Origin: a virus
Lineage: Duplodnaviria > Caudoviricetes
Strand: one strand, 5' to 3'
Length of the DNA: 40,334 nt
IMG/VR virus record: IMGVR_UViG_3300032218_000672
Span: 1 to 40,334 of that record
Part shown: positions 27,164 to 35,897 of the stretch, piece by piece
Layout: every line of letters starts with the position of its first letter
Position numbering within the stretch: the stretch's first letter is position 1
Program-made: the position numbers and the translations under genes
Notes under the pieces: model-generated
What the model saw: the letters and a program-made list of their open reading frames with translations, nothing else
The model's database searches: none
What the model was told of the DNA's origin: nothing

Positions 27164-27721
27164 ATGGCCAAGAAACAAAAAAGTCTTTCCAGCGACCCTG
27201 TCGCCGACGTGACAGTTGAGCCGCAAACAAAGAAAGAGACAAAGATGGGCAGACCTTCCATATACACGGAAGAGCTTGCTCATGAGATATGCGTAAGGCT
27301 AGGATCAGGTGAGAGCTTACGTAAGATCTGCTTGGATGAGCGTATACCGCACATAGCGACAGTGATGAGTTGGTTGACCAAGAAGCCTGATTTTCTCGAA
27401 CAATACACACGCGCACGCGAAATTCAAGCTGAGACTCAGTTTGATGAACTGATCGACATTGTTGACCAGCCGCCTGAGCTGAGCCACATAACCAACAAGG
27501 ACGGTGAGCTGATCGAGGTCAAGTTCGACTCCTCCTACGTACAGTGGATGAAGCTTCGGGTCGACACGCGCAAGTGGACAGCCGCACGTATGGCGCCTAA
27601 GAAGTATGCTGAGTACAGAGCGCCAGACGAGAAGGTTGACTCCATGGTCATCGACGGAGAGATCAAGACGGTCATGGACGTGGCCATCAAGCGCCTTGAG
27701 CTGATCAGGATCGCTGAATGA
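27164..27721 (+). CDS. terS: Terminase small subunit (Sf6 gp1-like)
   Basis: GRPSIYTEE...GESLRKIC...TVMSW...Y.RARE...KLRVDTRKW...PKKY; precedes terL. Confidence 0.88.
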   Translation: MAKKQKSLSSDPVADVTVEPQTKKETKMGRPSIYTEELAHEICVRLGSGESLRKICLDERIPHIATVMSWLTKKPDFLEQYTRAREIQAETQFDELIDIVDQPPELSHITNKDGELIEVKFDSSYVQWMKLRVDTRKWTAARMAPKKYAEYRAPDEKVDSMVIDGEIKTVMDVAIKRLELIRIAE

Positions 27722-29151
27722 GCGAGGTCATAGACCAAGACGTTCTGGACATCCTCGGTGACCCGAACATCAGGAAGAGTCTAGGCCCCTACCACTCTAT
27801 GGCATACGCCAGACGGGCTAAATGGCTCTCAGGCGCGTTCAATCACCAGAAGCTACCCCAAGGTACGTATTGGTCAATCTGGCTTATGCTGGCTGGCCGT
27901 GGCGCAGGGAAAACGAGAACAGCCGCTGAACAGCTCTGGTGGTGGGCGTGGGAAAACCCGAACACCCGCTGGCTAGTGTCCGCCCCCACATCAATGGACG
28001 TGCGCGGCACATGCTTTGAGGGTGAGTCAGGGCTGATCGCCGTGATCCCCGAGATCCTGATCAAGGACTACAACAAAGCCCTGCATGAGATCACGCTGAT
28101 CAATGGGAGCCTGATCAAGGGCATATCAGCAAACGAGCCTGATCGTTTCCGTGGTGGCCAGTACCATGGTGCATGGCTGGACGAGCTGGCCGCTTGGGAC
28201 TTCCTCGACGAGGCTTGGTACAACATCCAGTTTGCTGTCCGCCTCAAGAAGGCTGACGGTCGCACCCAGATCATTGCCACCACCACGCCGCGGCCAAAGG
28301 ACTTGATCGTAGAGCTGGTAGGCAGGGAAGGCGACGACGTAGCGCTGACCACCGCCTCGACCTACGTCAACCTAGCCAACCTTGCGCCAAGCTTCCAGAA
28401 GCAGATCCTCAGCTATGAAGGAACCACCATAGGAAGGCAGGAAATCCACGCAGAGCTCATAGACCCAGAGGAGTCAGGCATCGTCAAGCGCGACATGTTC
28501 AAGCTGTGGGCGCCGAACAAGCCGTTCCCCAAGTTCGAGTACATCCTACAAAGCTACGACTGCGCCAGCTCAGAGAAGACGGTCAACGATCCTACGGCGT
28601 CTATCACGTTCGGCGTGTTCAAGCCGCTAGACGGCCCAATGTCGGCCATGGTGATCGACTGCTGGCAAGACCGCCTGCAATACCCAGACCTGCGCCCCAA
28701 GGTGATCGAGGAGTACGACGTGGTCTACGGTGAGGGCAAGGACAAGAAGCGGGTTGACCTGATCCTAGTGGAGGACAAGTCCGCAGGTATCGCGCTGATC
28801 CAAGACTTACAGCGTGGCCACCTACCCGTTCGGGCCTACAACCCCGGCAGGGCTGACAAGATCCAGCGCCTGAACATTGTGTCCAACATCATTGCCGCTG
28901 GCCGTGTGTGGATCCCTGAGAGCAGTGTCAGGAAGGGTTACGTCAAGGACTGGGCCGAAGGGTTTGTCTCCCAGATCTGTAGCTTCCCTGATTCGACACA
29001 CGACGACTTTGTGGACGCCTGCACCCAAGGCCTGCGGTTCCTACGCGACGCTGGCTGGTTGGACATCGACGGCGCGCCAAGGGACGACTACGACATGGAC
29101 GACTACATCGATAGCGGACGTCGCAAGCTTGAGAACCCGTACGCCGCATGA
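27718..29151 (+). CDS. terL: Terminase large subunit
   Basis: Walker A AGRGAGKT, Walker B AWLDE, TTTP, nuclease QSYD and HDDFVDA. Confidence 0.95.
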   Translation: MSEVIDQDVLDILGDPNIRKSLGPYHSMAYARRAKWLSGAFNHQKLPQGTYWSIWLMLAGRGAGKTRTAAEQLWWWAWENPNTRWLVSAPTSMDVRGTCFEGESGLIAVIPEILIKDYNKALHEITLINGSLIKGISANEPDRFRGGQYHGAWLDELAAWDFLDEAWYNIQFAVRLKKADGRTQIIATTTPRPKDLIVELVGREGDDVALTTASTYVNLANLAPSFQKQILSYEGTTIGRQEIHAELIDPEESGIVKRDMFKLWAPNKPFPKFEYILQSYDCASSEKTVNDPTASITFGVFKPLDGPMSAMVIDCWQDRLQYPDLRPKVIEEYDVVYGEGKDKKRVDLILVEDKSAGIALIQDLQRGHLPVRAYNPGRADKIQRLNIVSNIIAAGRVWIPESSVRKGYVKDWAEGFVSQICSFPDSTHDDFVDACTQGLRFLRDAGWLDIDGAPRDDYDMDDYIDSGRRKLENPYAA

Positions 29152-29180
29152 TGGACTTGGGCCTTCACCCAAGGTATCAT
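29152..29180 (+). promoter_or_regulatory. Candidate sigma70-like promoter for the polyvalent-protein genes
   Basis: TGGACT-N17-TATCAT; CTTGGG/CCCAAG inverted repeat largely within the spacer. Confidence 0.4.
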
Positions 29181-29210
29181 TGGGGCAACACAAACTCAGC
29201 AGGATAAGCC

Positions 29211-31853
29211 ATGGCTGAACGCAAACCCTCCGACGACCGAGCCGCCTTTGGCGTGTTCCCACAGCTACAGCGCAACAGGTCTAGGCAAGATCGTGAGGCG
29301 GCAAAGAACGTCCCTGTGGATCTGGCCCGTGGGTTTGTCTCTGGCGTTCTGGGCGCTCCCGGCGACATCGAGTCCCTGATCCGCATGTTGCCCTACCTCG
29401 ATGAGAAGACCATCCTGCCAACGAGCGAGGACATCGAGAAGCGTTTGCCTTTGAGATCAGAGACACCCGTGAGCAAGGCCGCCACTGGCTTGGGCATCTT
29501 GGGCGGTGGCTTCTATACGGGCCCCGGCTCCCCTCTGCGTGTGGTCGGTGCACTGCCCAGCGCTATCAAGCACGGCGCCCAAGAGTTCGCCAAAGCAACT
29601 GTGGCTGGCGCTCCTCATGTGATCAAGCCATCAGGTAAGGGAGCCAACTGGTTAGGTGGCCAGCGTGGAAGCGTGGAAGCCCAGCTTGGCAAAATGAAGA
29701 TGGCTGACTACACAACTCCCGAACAAATGACTGAGTTGCAAAAGTCAATTGATACAGCCAAAAGAATCATGGGTGATGACCCTGAAGTTCAACGTGCCGT
29801 CGGTCAAATGGAAAATGAGTTGTCAACTGCCAAGCGCAACAACGCGGTCAACTCATGGATTGATAGTAATCTGCGCAACTACGTCAAGAACCAAATGGCC
29901 ACGCCTAACGACCCTGTTCGCAAGCTTGCTGAAGAAGGCATCTTGCATATGGCGCCTTATGGAGAACAAGGAGTTGTGTCGTCCCGCTTGATGAACAAGC
30001 GTATGGGCTTAGGACAAGATCCGTTAGGCATGGGGCGCAGTGATCCCGCTAGATTCTGGGAGCGCTTGAGCGACATCTCTGTTGACGCCTATCCTGCTGG
30101 CTCATACAAGCACGGTTCGTTAGATGAGTCCCTGCTTAAAGACAACCCATGGCTTCAAAAGATTCCCGATGAGACCATGATCTACAGCGGCAAAGGGTTG
30201 GGTGGCGATCTTGGCTTTGACCATATCATCGATGTACTGCGCCAAGATGTACGTGAAGGCCGTATTCGCCCTGAGCAACTGAATAAAGTCAGCATGGAGC
30301 AAGCCGTGCGTCGTGTCCATGAATACGACCAAGAGATGGCACGTAAGATGGCTGAGACGCAAGCCAAGGTCACCGAAGGTATGCCCATCCATAAAGAATA
30401 CCCAGAGGGCTATAAATGGATTGAGTTGACCAATCCAAAATCAGTGCCTAAAGACTATGCTCTGCCAGAAGGCATGAAGCTGGATACGATTGACCACCCA
30501 AGATATGGTCTTTTGCATACAGTATCTGATCCCAAAGGCATTACACAAATAGAAGCCACAAATTCTCCAGAAGATGCCCTTTTGCGGTTCTACAACAGAA
30601 AAGGCGGAGAAGGGTATAAAGCTCTTGAAGACGCACTGAAGTACGAGGGCAACACCATGGGCCATTGCGTCGGTGGCTACTGCCCAGACGTGGCATCTAG
30701 CCGCTCACGGATCTACAGCTTGCGAGACAGCAAGGGTGAGCCGCACGTCACGGTTGAAGTTCAGCCTGTAGATAAACACCCAATAGGCTATGGAATGTCG
30801 GGCGGGAAGAGCTTTCCTGACGATTTCCGTTACGAAAGCGGAAGCATTGCACCTGAACAACATCAACAAATTTATCAGCGAGCTAAGCAGTTGTTTAACC
30901 CTGAGTTAGCCAGCGACCTTAGTAGTCACCGAATGGATGTCTTCCAACAGGCGGCAAATGAAATCATTGGCAAGCCAGCAGATCAAATTATTCAGATCAA
31001 AGGCAAGCAGAACCTTCGACCTATTGAAAAATACGATCCTTATACACAAGACTTTGTGAAGAGCGGTAATTGGTCTGAAATTGGCGACCTGAAAAACACT
31101 GGGCTGTTTACACCCCAGCAAATCATAGGCGAGACGACTCAAAAAGTTTTGGCGCAGGAAGGCGTACAGCTTCCCAAGCTCATGACTAAAGCAGAAGCTG
31201 ACGATTACATACTTCAAGCTTATAAAACCGTTGCAAAACAAACAAACACAAATATTACGCCACCCGAAGGCATGAAGGCAGGCGGTAAGGTCTCCATATC
31301 CAACAACCGTGACACAATGATGCTTGAGCTAAATAATCGCAAGATGGCAAAGGGCGGCAAAGTTGTCAAAGAATTGCTGGGTGCTTTAAAAAAACCTGAA
31401 ATACCGCCTATGGGAATCAATGTCAGAACAGACAGCAAACTTGACTTGCCTTATGCGGATTTAATTGTGGACGGTCAAAAGCTCTATGAGTCACGTAAAA
31501 CTGATTCGCTTAGACCGTACGTCAACCAGTCAATGTCAATCGTTCGAACTGGAAATGCGCCAGCAAAAGCTATTGGCTCTGTTGATATAGGCGAGCCATT
31601 GATCGTTGACGCAAAAACATTCAGAGAAATGCAAGACAAGCATTTAGTTCCAGAGGGTTCCATGTTTGACATTGAGGCCGAGGGCCAAAAGTATTTGTAC
31701 CCGTTAACCAACCCACGGCGCTTCGAGCAAGAGCTTGACGTTGGTCGCGGCATCAAGGCGCGTAAAGTTATTGTCCCAACGCCAGAAATAAACAAAGCCG
31801 CCGGTGGGGCAATCAATGCTGACGACTTGATCCTAGAGGAGAGACCACTATGA
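29211..31853 (+). CDS. Polyvalent protein: PcfJ-like domain plus C-terminal ASCH domain
   Basis: L.YEG..MGHCVGGY...IYSLRD..GEPHVTVEV...QIKGKQN; PYADLIVDGQKLYESR...AIGSVDI. Confidence 0.7.
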   Translation: MAERKPSDDRAAFGVFPQLQRNRSRQDREAAKNVPVDLARGFVSGVLGAPGDIESLIRMLPYLDEKTILPTSEDIEKRLPLRSETPVSKAATGLGILGGGFYTGPGSPLRVVGALPSAIKHGAQEFAKATVAGAPHVIKPSGKGANWLGGQRGSVEAQLGKMKMADYTTPEQMTELQKSIDTAKRIMGDDPEVQRAVGQMENELSTAKRNNAVNSWIDSNLRNYVKNQMATPNDPVRKLAEEGILHMAPYGEQGVVSSRLMNKRMGLGQDPLGMGRSDPARFWERLSDISVDAYPAGSYKHGSLDESLLKDNPWLQKIPDETMIYSGKGLGGDLGFDHIIDVLRQDVREGRIRPEQLNKVSMEQAVRRVHEYDQEMARKMAETQAKVTEGMPIHKEYPEGYKWIELTNPKSVPKDYALPEGMKLDTIDHPRYGLLHTVSDPKGITQIEATNSPEDALLRFYNRKGGEGYKALEDALKYEGNTMGHCVGGYCPDVASSRSRIYSLRDSKGEPHVTVEVQPVDKHPIGYGMSGGKSFPDDFRYESGSIAPEQHQQIYQRAKQLFNPELASDLSSHRMDVFQQAANEIIGKPADQIIQIKGKQNLRPIEKYDPYTQDFVKSGNWSEIGDLKNTGLFTPQQIIGETTQKVLAQEGVQLPKLMTKAEADDYILQAYKTVAKQTNTNITPPEGMKAGGKVSISNNRDTMMLELNNRKMAKGGKVVKELLGALKKPEIPPMGINVRTDSKLDLPYADLIVDGQKLYESRKTDSLRPYVNQSMSIVRTGNAPAKAIGSVDIGEPLIVDAKTFREMQDKHLVPEGSMFDIEAEGQKYLYPLTNPRRFEQELDVGRGIKARKVIVPTPEINKAAGGAINADDLILEERPL

Positions 31854-34800
31854 GCCTGATCGGAGCATTGACCAAAGCGCTGAAGGCTGGTGAGACAGCC
31901 AAGAAGACTGCACCTTTCTACTCCACCGTCGATGAGGCGCTGGCCAACATTGCCAGACCTAAAGGTACAGGCGCCGAGTTCTACACCGAGCTGACCAAAC
32001 AGCCCGGCGTGAAGAAGGCTGAGCTGGCCGACCGCAAGCTTGAGCAGGCATTCAAGGCCAAGGGCAAGATGACCAAGGAGGAGGCTCAGCAAGTCCTAGC
32101 TGACAACCCACCGCCTAAGCTCAAAGAGAAGGTGTACGACGAGTCAACTGCTATAGACGAGGCAGACCTTCGAGAGATGGTGGCTCAAGAGATGTTTGGT
32201 AAACCATATAGCAGAGTCACAAACGGTGGCCAGCGTGCGCGTATATCTGATGAAGTTTATAGACGCATGGACATGGACAACGGAACTCAGTATGGACAGT
32301 ACAAAACTGCTGGTGGTGAAAATTACCGCGAGATGTTGTTAAAGTTGCCATCAGAGAGGCCGTATGCTGGCAACTACTCAGACCCAGCCAAGTACGATGC
32401 TGACCTAAAAGCGTACAACGCCAGCGGCAAAAAAGACTACGTAACGCAACATTGGAAGGATGATGCCAACGTCCTAGCCCATATGCGCGTTCAAGACCGT
32501 GCTGGCCCCAATGGTGAGAAGATCCTGCATGTCGAAGAGATCCAATCCGACTGGCATCAGAAGGGCCGTAAAGGCGGCTATGCCAATGAACCCGCGTATC
32601 AAGAAGCTCGCAAAAAGGCTGACGAGGTAGCAAGGGCCGCAGGCTATAACGATGCTTTCCATGCCGCTGAAGGTTGGAAGGGTCACGGTATGCAAAGCGC
32701 AAAAGAAGCCAGCGATATGCTTGACGAGGCCTCCAAGTTCAGCTCAGTCAATTCAGTACCTGACGCCCCGTTCAAAAAGAACTGGCACGAGCTGGCCATG
32801 AAGCGCCTGCTGAACTACGCCGCTGATAACGGGTATGACAGCATTGCTATTACTCCCGGTGCAGAGCAAGCAAACAGGTACAAGTTAAGCAACGTCGCCA
32901 ATCAAATTTCATATCACCCCGACGACAAAGGCCGTGGCATGTTTCTGAACGTGTTTGGCAAAAACAATGAAGTCATCTACAGCAAGCTGACGCCCGAGAC
33001 CGAACTTCCTAATGTTATTGGCAAAGAAACGACAGATAGGCTATTGGCGCAGGCGCCAGACGACGGTAACCGTGTCCTAACAGGACTTGACCTTGAGGTC
33101 GGCGGCGAAGGCATGAAGGGCTTCTACGACAAGATGCTTCCCGACTACCTGAACACCTTTGGCAAACAGTACGGCGCTCAGGTTCAGCCGTTAACATTTG
33201 ACGTGCCTGTACCATCTATTGATCCAAGAACAAAAATGACGACAACGCATTCGGTTCACAATTTCCCCATCACGCCAGAGATGCGCCAGCAGATCCAGCA
33301 AAAGGGTTTGCCGCTATACCAACAGGTTGCTATCCCAACCGCTGGCGCGGCTTCACAGCTACCAGAATTTGAATTTGAAGAACCAAAAGCTAAAGGCGGA
33401 GCTATACATATGCCAAAGAACGCAAGCAGAGATACCATGTGGCTGGCCACTCAAGATCAGAAGTTTTCCAAGGGTGGCGTCACCAAGGTAATCACAGAAG
33501 GCTTGGAGGCGCTTGGCATCACCAAGAAAGGCATGGAAGGCGTCAAACAGCTATCCGCTGAAGAGAAGGCCGTGCTTGAGAAGTGGGGCCAAAAGCAAGC
33601 TCAGGAAGCCGAGCGCGCTAAGAAGGTTGAGAAGATGGCCAAGGACAGCGCCAACAAGTCCCCTGAAGATTCCGTCAAGCCAGCCAAGGCCAGCACAGGC
33701 AAGCGTACAGCAACGCCCCCAGACTTCTACCGCAAGATGGCTGAGACACAAGGCGACGAGGCAGTTCTGAGAGCCGCTCGGGCTGGTAAGCATTTAAAGC
33801 CAGATACCTCTGGTGGCTACATTGGCGCTCCCCGTACGGTGGACAGCCCCCAAGCTTTGGGCAAGATGCGCCGCGACCTTGACCAAGACTTCATCGACTC
33901 GGTTGATGCTGTAAGGCTGGCCGATCCTGTTCGTTTAGGTACGTGGTACGACCGCGCCAAATCAGGCATGGCCCAGATGACCGAGCCTTACCAACTGCCC
34001 AGAACCCTAGAGCAACACGGCGTCTATAGCGCTGGCGTAGCGCCTGAGTCCGAGCTGACCTTTGCCCTCAAGCACTTAAACAGCCGCAACTACGGTGAGC
34101 CTAAGATGGCCTACCGTGGTGCTGGTATGCGAACCCTTGACAGATCCGTGGCCGCTGACGAGCCAGCAGAGATGGGTTTTAAAATTGGTGAGTACGCCGA
34201 TAAGAACGATCCACGCCTGCCAAACACTGGATTGTTCGGTGTGAACGACTTCCGCCGCGCTCAAGGTATGGGTTACACAGATCCACAAGGTAACCCGTGG
34301 AAAGCTGGCGTGTCCGACACAATGCACCCCTTCATGGATCTGGAAACCGCCTTGCAGGTGGATCGGGCCAACAAAGGTGTAACAGGTGGCCGCTCAGATT
34401 GGTACGGCCCACACATTCAAGAACTGCCTTGGGTGTACGGTAAAGCGCAGGATCTGTACTCCCGCGGCGCCAGCAAGACTGGCCGCTACGGTGGAGATCC
34501 CCTAGAAGGCATCAAGATGGCCCTACAGGACGCGAACAAGACCGCCATCGACTATGCCTACAAGCATGCTGGTTCTGCGACTCATGAGGCGATCCCCGGG
34601 GCTTCTACTGGCCACGTACCCGGCATGATCGACGCCCCCTTAAGCGAGCGCATTGCATACGGCAACGAAGGTCGTTGGGATCGTCCATCCCCTGAAGCCG
34701 CATTGAGCGAGTTCCCAAAGGTGGGCGCCGGCAACCGAGACGCAATCTATTCCGCTTTGGGCTACCGCCAACTGCCAACGATTGAGGCGTCAGGCGCCTA

Positions 34801-35623
34801 TCTGCCAGAAGGTGCGTCAGCTTACGAGATGCAACCTGTCAAGATTGCACGTCCTTTGCTCGACTTCCCCACTGGTGGTGAGGGCTTGATTGCCCCAGAG
34901 ACCAAGCAACTGATGGACTTCTCTGAGCGCTTTCGTGCCTTGAACGACGCACAAGAGGCATTCGGCTATAACCTGCCAAACACCATGGGCGACGTTGGCG
35001 GTAAGACTTCCGCGGTGCTCGACACCCGTAGGATCAACCCTGACAGGAACCTTGATCCTGCTACTGGCGTCCCGCCTTCAGCCGACCAGATGGGCGCATT
35101 GACAGCCGCTCTGGGTGACAGTGGTTATGGCGTGGCCCCAACAAGCCGCGGTGCAACCATCTTCCCGTTTGATCCAAGCGCCAGCCCCAAGGATATGGCT
35201 AAGTTGTTGAAGAGCAAGCGCGAAGAGCTACAGAGCATCTACCCATCTGAGATGGAAGCTTCGCTTAACAGCTCGGGCTACGGCCCCGGCGTTGGTAAGT
35301 ACACCCCCGAAGGCTTCACCGCCTCCGAGCCGTTCAGTGGCCAAGCAACCAAAGGCTTGCTCAAGGAAGCCTCGTACCTACCTCAGTCTGCTGTGCAGAA
35401 CCTGAGCGAGTCAGAGTTCGTGCGTCAAGCCATCAAAGAGAAGATGCGCCGTGATGCCGCCCTGCCAAATGCTCGTGAGGACATCCAGAACACACGCAAG
35501 TTCTTTGCTGAGGCTGATTGGGCTAAAGCGGTGGAGCTGATTCGCAAGGGCATGAGCCCCACAGCCGCACTGGCCGCGTTGGGTTACTCAGCGTCGTCGA
35601 TGGCTGGCGAAGCTGATCGATAA
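31850..35623 (+). CDS. Large polyvalent protein: EEIQSD (GNAT-like) module plus HhH-glycosylase-like module
   Basis: NYRE.LL, LHVEEIQSDWHQKG, PFKKNW...KRLLNYAADNGYD, GMKGFYD; second half has WY...S...K...GVNDF.R...Q..W. Confidence 0.6.
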   Translation: MSLIGALTKALKAGETAKKTAPFYSTVDEALANIARPKGTGAEFYTELTKQPGVKKAELADRKLEQAFKAKGKMTKEEAQQVLADNPPPKLKEKVYDESTAIDEADLREMVAQEMFGKPYSRVTNGGQRARISDEVYRRMDMDNGTQYGQYKTAGGENYREMLLKLPSERPYAGNYSDPAKYDADLKAYNASGKKDYVTQHWKDDANVLAHMRVQDRAGPNGEKILHVEEIQSDWHQKGRKGGYANEPAYQEARKKADEVARAAGYNDAFHAAEGWKGHGMQSAKEASDMLDEASKFSSVNSVPDAPFKKNWHELAMKRLLNYAADNGYDSIAITPGAEQANRYKLSNVANQISYHPDDKGRGMFLNVFGKNNEVIYSKLTPETELPNVIGKETTDRLLAQAPDDGNRVLTGLDLEVGGEGMKGFYDKMLPDYLNTFGKQYGAQVQPLTFDVPVPSIDPRTKMTTTHSVHNFPITPEMRQQIQQKGLPLYQQVAIPTAGAASQLPEFEFEEPKAKGGAIHMPKNASRDTMWLATQDQKFSKGGVTKVITEGLEALGITKKGMEGVKQLSAEEKAVLEKWGQKQAQEAERAKKVEKMAKDSANKSPEDSVKPAKASTGKRTATPPDFYRKMAETQGDEAVLRAARAGKHLKPDTSGGYIGAPRTVDSPQALGKMRRDLDQDFIDSVDAVRLADPVRLGTWYDRAKSGMAQMTEPYQLPRTLEQHGVYSAGVAPESELTFALKHLNSRNYGEPKMAYRGAGMRTLDRSVAADEPAEMGFKIGEYADKNDPRLPNTGLFGVNDFRRAQGMGYTDPQGNPWKAGVSDTMHPFMDLETALQVDRANKGVTGGRSDWYGPHIQELPWVYGKAQDLYSRGASKTGRYGGDPLEGIKMALQDANKTAIDYAYKHAGSATHEAIPGASTGHVPGMIDAPLSERIAYGNEGRWDRPSPEAALSEFPKVGAGNRDAIYSALGYRQLPTIEASGAYLPEGASAYEMQPVKIARPLLDFPTGGEGLIAPETKQLMDFSERFRALNDAQEAFGYNLPNTMGDVGGKTSAVLDTRRINPDRNLDPATGVPPSADQMGALTAALGDSGYGVAPTSRGATIFPFDPSASPKDMAKLLKSKREELQSIYPSEMEASLNSSGYGPGVGKYTPEGFTASEPFSGQATKGLLKEASYLPQSAVQNLSESEFVRQAIKEKMRRDAALPNAREDIQNTRKFFAEADWAKAVELIRKGMSPTAALAALGYSASSMAGEADR

Positions 35624-35835
35624 CGATTGCGCTTGTACCATGTCTCAGCGCCAAACGACATACCTCTACGATACGCCGATTGCTTTGGCGCCTCGAGGTC
35701 TTCGATACGCTCTTCCAGCTCTTTCTGCTTTCCGAGAAGGCACTCAATTACGTGCGCGCATTCCTCAAACATCGAGTTTGAGTTACCATCCTGTGATCTC
35801 AGGAATTGGATTGCTTCGTATGTTCGGTCTTCCAC
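35584..35835 (-). CDS. Lone antisense-oriented 83-aa hypothetical protein
   Basis: GTG start after AAAGGGGA; coiled-coil segment; occupies an otherwise empty 270-nt gap. Confidence 0.5.
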   Translation of the reverse strand: MEDRTYEAIQFLRSQDGNSNSMFEECAHVIECLLGKQKELEERIEDLEAPKQSAYRRGMSFGAETWYKRNRYRSASPAIDDAE

Positions 35836-35851
35836 TCTTTTCCCCTTTATT

Positions 35852-35893
35852 AAAACGCAATGTTTGCGTTCGGGTATTTTAACACAAGGTTAA
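35852..35893. promoter_or_regulatory. Operator pair between divergent genes, upstream of the portal
   Basis: AAAAC-gcaat-GTTTG (35852) and TTAAC-acaag-GTTAA (35879). Confidence 0.6.
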
Positions 35894-35897
35894 AGCT

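Noticed and set aside
31272-31320. Resemblance of KAGG...NNRDT to the ribosomal protein L27 N-terminus (KAGGSTRNGRDS)
   Set aside because: Needs gaps and is weaker in the second cassette; too short to support mimicry.
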